Made by a program: the position numbers and the translations under genes. Below are positions 42,909 through 50,237 of a stretch of DNA of 50,237 bases, piece after piece (position 1 is the first letter of the stretch; each line of letters starts with the position of its first letter). The stretch is from a virus. The notes under the pieces were generated by a model. It was not told the DNA's origin. It saw nothing but the letters and a program-made list of their open reading frames with translations, and did no database searches. The DNA is taken from positions 1-50,237 of IMG/VR virus record IMGVR_UViG_3300045971_000013. One strand, given 5' to 3'.

Positions 42909-43252
42909 GCAATGTTTCTGGAATTAACCCAGTAGGGTGGCGTGTATTGATCAAGCCACAAGAGGTTCGGAAGGTTTCTAAAGGCGGGATTCTCCTGACC
43001 ACTGAAGCTTCTGAAGCTCGTGAACAGATGGGCAACACAACTGGCATCGTCGTAGCAATGGGAGACCAATGCTTTGTAGATGAGATCAGTCCGTGGTGTG
43101 CCGTAGGCGATAAGGTTATCTTTGCCAAGTATGCAGGCTTGCTATACACAGGTAAGGATGGCGTTAACTACCGCCTCATCAACGACAAAGATGTGACTGG
43201 CACCTTAGATGCTGATGTTGATCTGGTCGATCCGTACCTTTCCAAACACTAG
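42905..43252 (+). CDS. GroES / Cpn10-like co-chaperonin
   Basis: 115 aa; GWRVLIKPQEVRKVSKGGILLTTEASEAREQMGNTTGIVVAMG...VGDKVIFAKYAG collinear with GroES (RVIVKR..ETKSAGGIVLTGSAAAK...GEVLAVG...VGDIVIF). Confidence 0.65.
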   Translation: MSNVSGINPVGWRVLIKPQEVRKVSKGGILLTTEASEAREQMGNTTGIVVAMGDQCFVDEISPWCAVGDKVIFAKYAGLLYTGKDGVNYRLINDKDVTGTLDADVDLVDPYLSKH

Positions 43253-43261
43253 GAGTTAGAC

Positions 43262-44092
43262 ATGAGCGAAGCACAAGCTGAAGTACACAATGGTCCTGCA
43301 CCTGAAGTCCTACATGAAGCAGAGTCCCAAGGCTGGGTTCCCAAAGAACGTTTCCGTGGTAACGAATCTGATTGGGTAGATGCTGATACCTTTGTCAAAC
43401 GTGGTCGTGAGATTCTCCCTATCCTGCGGAAGAACAACGAGAACTTGATGAAGGACTTGAACCACACCAAGGAACAACTCAAGGAGTTCCGTGAGGCTGC
43501 TGATGAGTTCAAGAAGTTCCAAAAGGATGCTTACGAGCGTAAAGCTGCTGACTTTGAGAAGCAGATTCAAGCTATCAAGGATAGCCGTGCTCAAGCTATT
43601 TCTGATGGTGACGGTCAGAAGGTCAATGCCTTGGATGATCAACTTGATCAGGCTAAGGATGATCTCAAGGAAGCAAAGCAAGCTGTCAAGGATGCTGAGA
43701 AGCCTACCCCTGAAGTTGTTGCTCCTGCCACAGTAGAGCCTGCTCTTCAAACATGGCTGGATAAAAACACATGGTTTGGTCAAGACAAGCGTTGGACTGG
43801 TATTGCCAATGGTGTTGGTGAGAGCCTTCGGTTTGAGTTCCCTGATCTCAAGGGTGAGAAGTTCCTTCAGAAGCTTGATGAGGTTCTTGCTGAAGAGTTC
43901 CCCAACAAGTTTGGTAAGAAGCAAACTCCCGGTGGTCGTGTTGAGTCTGGTTCTGGTCGGCAAGGTCGTGGTAGTAGCAATGCTCAGAGCTACGACAACC
44001 TTCCTCAAGATGCCAAAGCTGCTTGTGACAAGTTCGTCAAACAGAAGTTGATGACTCGTGAGGAGTACATAAGCTCCTACGACTGGTCTTAA
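43262..44092 (+). CDS. Scaffolding protein candidate
   Basis: 276 aa; highly charged K/E/D/A coiled-coil; between the portal and capsid genes. Confidence 0.55.
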   Translation: MSEAQAEVHNGPAPEVLHEAESQGWVPKERFRGNESDWVDADTFVKRGREILPILRKNNENLMKDLNHTKEQLKEFREAADEFKKFQKDAYERKAADFEKQIQAIKDSRAQAISDGDGQKVNALDDQLDQAKDDLKEAKQAVKDAEKPTPEVVAPATVEPALQTWLDKNTWFGQDKRWTGIANGVGESLRFEFPDLKGEKFLQKLDEVLAEEFPNKFGKKQTPGGRVESGSGRQGRGSSNAQSYDNLPQDAKAACDKFVKQKLMTREEYISSYDWS

Positions 44093-44094
44093 AC

Positions 44095-44108
44095 TGTTCC
44101 TAGTAACA
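44095..44108. promoter_or_regulatory. CTAG quasi-palindrome TGTTCCTAGTAACA, intergenic
   Basis: Exact copy in the 32-nt gap after the scaffold gene; 16 nt before the ATG of 44125. Confidence 0.6.
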
Positions 44109-44124
44109 AATTGGAGAATGTAAT

Positions 44125-44646
44125 ATGCCCCGCGCACTGAATGAATTTGAGAAACGTGATCGTCTGATGGCTAAGATGGAAGAACGTAAGGCTGCTGCTA
44201 CCGATGGAACCCCCTCTGCTGATGGTGGTCCTACCCGTAAGCGCCGTAACGTTTTCAATGGCACTGAAGCGAAACTTGGTGTACGCCAACAGATTGAAGG
44301 TTATCATTTGCACATCTTTACGGATTCTGGTAGTAGAATCCAAGAAGCTTTAGATAATGGATACGAGTTCGTCCAACCGGACGAGATCGGTGGAGTCAGC
44401 GAAAACGTAGTGTCCCGTAATGGAGACCTCGGAGATAGGATTCGGTATCTGGTCAACCCTCGTGCTGAAGGCACAGAGCAGTTTGGATACCTGATGAAGC
44501 AGCGACAGGAATGGTATGAGGAAGACCAGCGCGCACTTCAGACAAAGAACAGTCAAGTTGATGCAGCTATTAAGCGTGGCAAGATTACTGGGGATAACCC
44601 TAGCTTCTATGTCCCTCAAGGCGGTATCACCATGAAACAATCGTAA
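44125..44646 (+). CDS. Hypothetical head-module protein
   Basis: 173 aa; GGAG RBS. Confidence 0.5.
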   Translation: MPRALNEFEKRDRLMAKMEERKAAATDGTPSADGGPTRKRRNVFNGTEAKLGVRQQIEGYHLHIFTDSGSRIQEALDNGYEFVQPDEIGGVSENVVSRNGDLGDRIRYLVNPRAEGTEQFGYLMKQRQEWYEEDQRALQTKNSQVDAAIKRGKITGDNPSFYVPQGGITMKQS

Positions 44647-44664
44647 TCTTCTTAGGAGTCTTTT

Positions 44665-45333
44665 ATGGCACTTATCAATAAGCCCTCGGGGTTCAGCCCC
44701 GTTCGCAGTCTACTGACTGGTGGCTTCAATGAACAGGGTACGCTATACGCTATCCCTACCGCTGACACTACCAATAGCTATGCTATCGGTGATGTCGTTA
44801 TGTCTCGCTCTTCGACTGATGCTAACGGTGTTCGTTACATCCAGAAGTGGGGTGGAGCAACTACTACCTCGGCTCTTCCGCTTGGTATCATCGTAGGCAT
44901 TCGTGTTGCTGATCCGGGCGTTAGCTTGGTTGGTACTCCGTTGTCTCTGGAAGCATCCTACATTGCCGCTGGTACTCGTACCAATGTTCGCTATGTGTAT
45001 GTGATTGATGATCCGATGGTTGTGTTTGAAGCTCAGTTCGATGCTACGGGTTGCACCCAAGCTCAACTGTCTATGAACGCTGCTGTGACCATCTCTGCTG
45101 CAAATCAGACTTCCCTTGCTCCGAGTGCTCCGTTCTCTGACATGGTTCTGACTGGTCCTGCTGTGACTGCTACTCTGCCTATCCGTATGCTCGGTGCTGT
45201 GCAGCGTCCTGAGAACGTGCTGAATGGTGCTTCCGCACAACCCTATATTCGTGTTCTGTGCAAATGGAACTACCACGAATACGGTGTTATCGGTTCTGCC
45301 TCTGGCACTGTTGTCAATTACCTCGCTGTTTAA
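44665..45333 (+). CDS. Structural protein, beta-rich (possible capsid accessory)
   Basis: 222 aa immediately upstream of the capsid candidate. Confidence 0.4.
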   Translation: MALINKPSGFSPVRSLLTGGFNEQGTLYAIPTADTTNSYAIGDVVMSRSSTDANGVRYIQKWGGATTTSALPLGIIVGIRVADPGVSLVGTPLSLEASYIAAGTRTNVRYVYVIDDPMVVFEAQFDATGCTQAQLSMNAAVTISAANQTSLAPSAPFSDMVLTGPAVTATLPIRMLGAVQRPENVLNGASAQPYIRVLCKWNYHEYGVIGSASGTVVNYLAV

Positions 45334-45345
45334 GGAGTACACATC

Positions 45346-46266
45346 ATGGCTGGAGTTATTACCACCGCATCGCATCCCAAGGCTCTATGGCCCGGTATCA
45401 AAGCTTGGTGGGGTCAAACCTACAACGAGCATCCTGAAGAGTACTGCGATCTGTTCGACAAGGACACCTCTTCGCAGAACTACGAAGAAGATGTTCAGTT
45501 GTCGGGCTTTGGTCTCGCACCAATCAAGTCTGAAGGTGCTGGCGTAGCATACGATTCGGAAATCCAAGGCTTCACTACTCGTTACACACACATTGCTTAC
45601 GCAATGGGTTACATCGTGACGAAGGAAGAAATGGATGACAATCTGTACGAGACTGTCTCTAAGAAACGTGCTGCTGCATTGGCTATGTCTTTCCGTCAAA
45701 CGAAAGAGAACGTTGCTGCTAACGTTTACAACCGTGCCTTCTCTACCACCTATCTGGGTGGTGACGGTATTGCACTGTGTGCGACTAACCACCCCAACAC
45801 CTCTGGTGGCACTTGGGCTAACAAGCCTTCAGTGGATGTGGACTTGTCTGAAGCTGCTTTGGAAGATGCAGTGATCGCAATCATGGGTCTGCAAAATGAC
45901 CGTGGCTTGCTGGTTGCTATTCAACCCAATAGCTTGCACATCGCTCGTCAAGAGTTGTTCAATGCTCAACGCATTCTGCACTCTAGCTACCAAACAGGTA
46001 ACGCCAACAATGACATCAACGTCATCAAGTCTGGTAACTACCTGCCCGGTGGTTTCAAGGTGAACCACTACTTCACAAGCCCACACGCTTGGTTTATCCG
46101 TAACACCATCCCCGGTGGTACTGGTATGAAGTACTACGAGCGTCATGCCATTGCCTTCGACCAAGACAATGACTTCGACACCATGAATGCCAAGGCTAAG
46201 GGCTATGAGCGTTATTCGTTCGGCTGGTCTGATCCTCGTGCAATCTGGGGCGTTAACGGTCCTTAA
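45346..46266 (+). CDS. Major capsid protein candidate (HK97-fold, Mu gpT-like pattern)
   Basis: 306 aa; position after the scaffold; followed by the strongest terminator in the genome. Confidence 0.6.
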   Translation: MAGVITTASHPKALWPGIKAWWGQTYNEHPEEYCDLFDKDTSSQNYEEDVQLSGFGLAPIKSEGAGVAYDSEIQGFTTRYTHIAYAMGYIVTKEEMDDNLYETVSKKRAAALAMSFRQTKENVAANVYNRAFSTTYLGGDGIALCATNHPNTSGGTWANKPSVDVDLSEAALEDAVIAIMGLQNDRGLLVAIQPNSLHIARQELFNAQRILHSSYQTGNANNDINVIKSGNYLPGGFKVNHYFTSPHAWFIRNTIPGGTGMKYYERHAIAFDQDNDFDTMNAKAKGYERYSFGWSDPRAIWGVNGP

Positions 46267-46288
46267 ACCTAGCTTAGGCTAGACACGC

Positions 46289-46325
46289 AACCCCTTAGAT
46301 CAAAAGTCTAGGGGGTTTCTTTTTT
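46289..46325 (+). terminator. Strong rho-independent terminator after the capsid gene
   Basis: AACCCCTTAGA (46289..46299) pairs with TCTAGGGGGTT (46307..46317), 11 bp with one G.U, then TCTTTTTT. Confidence 0.85.
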
Positions 46326-46327
46326 AA

Positions 46328-46341
46328 TGTTACTAGGAACA
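46328..46341. promoter_or_regulatory. CTAG quasi-palindrome TGTTACTAGGAACA abutting the terminator T-tract
   Basis: Exact copy 2 nt after the terminator U-tract. Confidence 0.6.
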
Positions 46342-46347
46342 ATCATC

Positions 46348-46416
46348 ATGTCTCATCCACGCGAACAAGAAAAAGGTAAACGTCCTGATCCGGGTCGTAT
46401 CCCTAACAAGATGTAA
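46348..46416 (+). CDS. Possible 22-codon leader ORF
   Basis: MSHPREQEKGKRPDPGRIPNKM; begins 6 nt after the CTAG motif; followed by two mutually exclusive hairpins; weak RBS. Confidence 0.25.
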   Translation: MSHPREQEKGKRPDPGRIPNKM

Positions 46417-46493
46417 TAGGCGTATACTTCGCTTGTCCAATGACGTACCCCGCTAAAGGGTACGTTGATTTCATCAACGTCAAAGGAACTTAA

Positions 46494-47222
46494 ATGTCCA
46501 ATCCCACCCGCTTCCTCTCCGGTGTAGCTACTACGCCTGCTAATACTCCTCTCGGTAACTATCCCTTTCCTGATCCTTTCCACACTGGCGGTGTTGCTGG
46601 GTTGGATGTAGTCACGTACTTCAACGACTACTTTGATACAGGCACCACTACCAACTACACCATCGCTGGTGCAGGTGCTGCTCTAGCCCTTGGTGTTGGT
46701 TCTGCTGGCGTTGGTGGTACCCTTGTGTTCACTCCCGGTGCTGCTACTGCTTCTGCTTTAACTCGTGCAGCTACAGCATTCCAGTTCATCCGTGGTAACA
46801 AGTTCTGGTTCGTACAACGCATCTCTGCTTCAGCAGTTGCAGGTGTCATGTCCATGTTCTTTGGTTTGAACACTGCCAATGCTGCTATCACTGCTGACGG
46901 TATCTACTTCCGTAAGGCTGCTTCCCAGTTGAACTTGGACCTGATCTCCGTGATCAACGGTACGACTACTGTGTTGGCTGCTGCTATCACGACTACCGTA
47001 GCTGCTACCTACTTGGATGTGGGCTTCTACTACGATGGCACTGATCTGATTGTGTTCGTCAATGACAGCACTGTTGCTCGTATCTCCAATGTCACTGTTG
47101 GTGCTACGAATGCTTTCACCTTGACCAATGCGTACATCAGCCCTGTCATTCAGATTACCCCTGTTGGCACAGAGAACTTGAACACTGATTACGTGCTTGT
47201 TGCTCAAGAGATCACTCGCTAA
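46494..47222 (+). CDS. Beta-rich structural protein (possible capsid decoration / cement)
   Basis: 242 aa; Ala/Thr/Gly/Val-rich; own upstream regulatory region after the capsid terminator. Confidence 0.4.
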   Translation: MSNPTRFLSGVATTPANTPLGNYPFPDPFHTGGVAGLDVVTYFNDYFDTGTTTNYTIAGAGAALALGVGSAGVGGTLVFTPGAATASALTRAATAFQFIRGNKFWFVQRISASAVAGVMSMFFGLNTANAAITADGIYFRKAASQLNLDLISVINGTTTVLAAAITTTVAATYLDVGFYYDGTDLIVFVNDSTVARISNVTVGATNAFTLTNAYISPVIQITPVGTENLNTDYVLVAQEITR

Positions 47223-47232
47223 GGAGTAGCAC

Positions 47233-47640
47233 ATGGCTAATTCCTACGCCGTTCAGATACTCTCTGATGGTCCTCGCAATGCGATTGTGAAGCTTACGGG
47301 TGTCCTAGACACTTCTAATCTTGCTCAATCGCTTGCTGTGGACTTGACTACGCTATCCCCCATTGTTCCCGGAACAAGCGTAACCAAACCTGCTGCTGTT
47401 GCTATTCACCACATTGATTACTCTATTGCTGATCAGTTGGAGATTCAGTTGACTTGGGATGCTACTGCACAAGTAGCTATCCTGCCGTTAGCAGGTCGTG
47501 GTCGTGTGTCCTTCAAGGACTTTGGTGGACTTCAAAATAATGCTGGTGCAGGTAAGACTGGCAACATTAACATCACCACTACTGGGTGGGCATCTGGTAC
47601 TCAGGTGTTCTCTATCGTGCTAGAGATGGTGAAACAATGA
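47233..47640 (+). CDS. Structural protein, function unknown
   Basis: 135 aa; AAGGAG RBS. Confidence 0.4.
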   Translation: MANSYAVQILSDGPRNAIVKLTGVLDTSNLAQSLAVDLTTLSPIVPGTSVTKPAAVAIHHIDYSIADQLEIQLTWDATAQVAILPLAGRGRVSFKDFGGLQNNAGAGKTGNINITTTGWASGTQVFSIVLEMVKQ

Positions 47641-47655
47641 TAGGGCCATTCCACA

Positions 47656-47886
47656 ATGGCCTACGCTCACTATAACGTAGACGAGACTCCCCTTACCACC
47701 ATAGTTGACACCTCTGGTGGTACGGTGATCTACATAGGGCAAGCATTGCCCGGTACTCTTACGACTGATCCGTTGTGGAGAATCCAACAGATCAATACCT
47801 CTGGTGGAGTGCAGATAGCCTACGCCAATGGCTCTCCTACATTCCAAGTTGCTTGGGCTGACAGACTAACCTACTCCTACACATGA
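47656..47886 (+). CDS. Hypothetical structural-module protein
   Basis: 76 aa; ATGA overlap with the fibre start. Confidence 0.45.
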   Translation: MAYAHYNVDETPLTTIVDTSGGTVIYIGQALPGTLTTDPLWRIQQINTSGGVQIAYANGSPTFQVAWADRLTYSYT

Positions 47887-50237
47887 GCGACTTCAAAATA
47901 GTTTCCCTTTTGAATCCCTCGGTAGTAGTACTGTCGGGGGCTACAGGTCCCGCTATTGCAGCGGGTGGGTCTACACAGACCTCTGGGACCATCTTCTTCT
48001 CTAATGCCAACAACGTAAGCTTTGGCTTAGTTGGTGGAACCATGACTGCTTCTATTGTTCCCGGTGGGGGACTCGGGGATGGCTACAACATCCTAGCAGC
48101 AGGTTCACAGACAGCTAACACTACTGGTTCGGTTAAGTTCAATGATGGTGGTGGTGTGTCGTTTGGTATGTCCAACAACAGTGTCATCACTGCTACTGTT
48201 GCTACCAACTACATGGCTAGTAACCAGTCTAGTAACTTCGTAGCAGCAAGCAATAGCTCTCTGTTCCAACAGACATCTGCTACTAGTAACATCACGAGCA
48301 ATGCCTTTGCTGCTAGTGCTACTACCAAGTTCGCTGGGACAGGTACAACCTTTGCAGGTACGAATGCTTCTGGGTCTATGACCGTAGATAGCAATGGTGT
48401 TAACTTTGCTATTAGCGTAGCTGCTGGAGGAGGAGCAGGAGATGGATATAACTCTGCTCAATTCACAAACAGCACCGCTAATAGTACTATGCCTCTTGTT
48501 TGGGCTGGTAATTCTAACGGTAGTGGTAACGTTACTATTGGTCTTACTGGAAGCACCATTACGATGTCTGCTCCTAGTGGAGGTGGGGCTGGCGATGGTT
48601 GGAATATCATTGCTGCTGGAGGTTCTACTAATGCTTCTACGGGTACTGTAGTCTTTGGTAATGCCAATGGCATCTCCTTTGGATTGAATCTAGGAACTGT
48701 CACTGCTTCGTACACGGTACCCAATGTTCCTGCTCAGACTGTAGATACCAACAAAGCTGGTACTGGTTATACATCCAGTACTCAAGCTGGTGTCACAGTT
48801 GGTGTTACTAATAACACCAATGGCTTAAGCATGGCTTGGCCTCTGTTCATTACGACCTATGTCAATGACTTGACTAGTGGTAGGGCCGGAGTAGGGTTCA
48901 CCTCTGCTTCTACTGCTGGGGTAGTACCAACTGCTACGTTGAGTACGAATGGTCTTAGCATGGGCATCCCTGCTTGGATCACTACTTATGTAGCCCAGAC
49001 CAATCAAACTGCTGCTAGTGGAAACATAGCTGGTGTTGGCACCACGTTTGCTGGTACCAATGTCTCTGGTTCGATGACGCTCAACAGTGCTGGGTTGAAC
49101 CTAGCTCTATCTGCTGGAGCAGGTGGTGGTGCGGGAGATGGAGTCAACATTGTTCAGATCGGTACCACTGGTACTACTGGCACATCCTTCTCTGCATCTA
49201 CTGGCACAGTGTTCTTCAATGGTTCCAACAACATCACTGTTAGCCAGAACGGTAGCAACCAGATTGTTATCGTAGGTCCTAATGTCAGTCAGTACCTAAC
49301 CACTGCTAGGGCTAGTAATGATGCTGTAGGTTTGAATACAGCCTTGACTGCTAATGGTGTGTCTTGGACTGTCAATAGCTCTGGCATCAGTTTGAATGTC
49401 CCTGCATTCCTGACTACTGCTGCCCAGTCTAATCACTCTCACAACTTCGCTACAACAACCACTAATGGTTCTGTAGCTGTAGTGGCTACTGCCAATAGTG
49501 TTGGTGCTACTGTGGCTATGCCACCTTGGATTACTACTTACGTTGCACAGACCAACCAGACAGTAGCCTCTGGCAATATCGCAGGGGTAGGAACTACCTT
49601 TGCAGGAACTAACGCTACTGCCACTCTTGGTTTGAATAGTGCTGGACTAGCTATGAGTTTGTCTGTGGCTGCTGGTGGTGCCATCAATCAAACAGGCCCT
49701 AACTTCGCTGTAGCAGGTTCTACGGTTACTTCGGGTACGGTATTGTTTAGCAATGCCAACGGAGTGTCTTGGGGCATTGCAGGTCAGACGCTAACGGCAT
49801 CAGTTAACGCTGGTGGAGGTGCGGGGGCAACAATCAATGATTATGAAATCTACCCCCTAGGTAACAACACTTCATTCTCTAGCTATTCGCAGAATGCTTT
49901 GTACTTCCAACGCATCATGCCCATGAACAACGTGAGCATGACAGCGATTGAGATGCTGATCTCTATGTCTAGTGTCACCTCATCTATCAGCCACTCTGTT
50001 GGTCATACGATGAGCTACGGTGTCTATACCAAGGGTACGGGTGCAAGCACAAGTCAGATGCAGTTGATGGCTACTAGCTCCTTCTACATTCAAGCAAGCT
50101 ATTCATCTAACTTGTCTGGTGGGTACACAGTAGGCCAAGGTACAAACTCCTTCACAGCTAGTAGTGCTGGCACAGTGTTTGGTTCTGTGCTGTCTGGACA
50201 GAAGATTATGTCTTTGCCATTCTCAACCTCTCTTGCA
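47883..50237 (+). CDS. Repeat-rich Ser/Thr/Asn/Gly fibre-like protein, 5' part (continues into 128..409; 878 aa in total)
   Basis: Not in the ORF track because it has no stop inside the window; hand translation from ATG 47883 is open to 50237 and in frame with 2..409; internal repeat modules. Confidence 0.8.
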   Translation, partial: MSDFKIVSLLNPSVVVLSGATGPAIAAGGSTQTSGTIFFSNANNVSFGLVGGTMTASIVPGGGLGDGYNILAAGSQTANTTGSVKFNDGGGVSFGMSNNSVITATVATNYMASNQSSNFVAASNSSLFQQTSATSNITSNAFAASATTKFAGTGTTFAGTNASGSMTVDSNGVNFAISVAAGGGAGDGYNSAQFTNSTANSTMPLVWAGNSNGSGNVTIGLTGSTITMSAPSGGGAGDGWNIIAAGGSTNASTGTVVFGNANGISFGLNLGTVTASYTVPNVPAQTVDTNKAGTGYTSSTQAGVTVGVTNNTNGLSMAWPLFITTYVNDLTSGRAGVGFTSASTAGVVPTATLSTNGLSMGIPAWITTYVAQTNQTAASGNIAGVGTTFAGTNVSGSMTLNSAGLNLALSAGAGGGAGDGVNIVQIGTTGTTGTSFSASTGTVFFNGSNNITVSQNGSNQIVIVGPNVSQYLTTARASNDAVGLNTALTANGVSWTVNSSGISLNVPAFLTTAAQSNHSHNFATTTTNGSVAVVATANSVGATVAMPPWITTYVAQTNQTVASGNIAGVGTTFAGTNATATLGLNSAGLAMSLSVAAGGAINQTGPNFAVAGSTVTSGTVLFSNANGVSWGIAGQTLTASVNAGGGAGATINDYEIYPLGNNTSFSSYSQNALYFQRIMPMNNVSMTAIEMLISMSSVTSSISHSVGHTMSYGVYTKGTGASTSQMQLMATSSFYIQASYSSNLSGGYTVGQGTNSFTASSAGTVFGSVLSGQKIMSLPFSTSLA
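50111..50237. repeat. Second copy of the 127-bp end overlap
   Basis: Identical to 1..127. Confidence 0.97.

Noticed and set aside
43310-44137. 275-aa antisense ORF opposite the scaffold gene. Similar long antisense ORFs lie at 13987..14571, 41829..42443, 44743..45375, 7307..7933, 25558..26133, 8066..8434 and 9270..9710.
   Set aside because: They have low-complexity Leu/Ser/Thr-rich translations, no RBS and no coupling. They lie opposite ORFs with clear motifs and operon-style start/stop overlaps, so they are shadow ORFs.
48969-49613. Diversity-generating retroelement (template/variable repeat pair) in the fibre gene.
   Set aside because: The two 93-nt repeats differ at many synonymous positions of all base types rather than at adenines only. 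No reverse transcriptase or Avd-like gene is present.
1-50237. Lysogeny module, CRISPR array, toxin-antitoxin system or known defence/anti-defence operon.
   Set aside because: No integrase, repressor-like HTH pair, repeat-spacer array or recognisable defence-gene motifs were seen in any frame. The absence rests on manual inspection only.

Overview
Positions 1..127 are identical to 50111..50237, so the window is one circularly closed dsDNA phage genome of about 50,110 bp. The 127-bp overlap most likely comes from assembly. All product calls below rest on motifs read by eye in the supplied translations. No database search was run.

Layout: two gene arms diverge from a largely non-coding control region (about 36.7-38.5 kb). 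They converge on a bidirectional terminator at about 20.87-20.91 kb.

Plus arm (38545 -> contig junction -> 20803):
- Packaging and head: small and large terminase, portal, a GroES-like protein, scaffold, HK97-type capsid candidate.
- An 878-aa repeat-rich fibre that spans the contig junction, followed by a glycosyltransferase and a SAM methyltransferase.
- Two pectate-lyase-type tailspikes plus further fibre-like proteins.
- P22 gp4-like adaptor and gp10-like hub.
- A cupin-SET fusion, three internal/ejection proteins (one of 1518 aa with a zincin motif) and a PurD-like ATP-grasp enzyme.
- GH24 endolysin and a 3-TM holin.

Minus arm (37308 -> 20905):
- Small early genes.
- An AAA+/vWA pair.
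- A T7-like replication module: primase, helicase, family A DNA polymerase, SSB-like protein, gp6-like exonuclease, gp3-like endonuclease I.
- A tail of small ORFs.

No RNA polymerase, sigma-like gene, integrase, tRNA, CRISPR array or reverse transcriptase was recognisable.

Most interesting observations:
1. A 14-bp CTAG-centred quasi-palindrome recurs at module boundaries on both arms.
2. A roughly 0.9 kb ORF-free stretch carries two tandem perfect DnaA boxes.
3. Three clusters of GC-rich triloop hairpins occur, one pair showing a compensatory base-pair change.
4. The DNA polymerase gene is split inside motif B by a 697-nt group-I-like intron carrying an HNH gene.
5. Four tailoring-type enzymes (GT, MTase, SET, ATP-grasp) sit inside the virion-gene arm.
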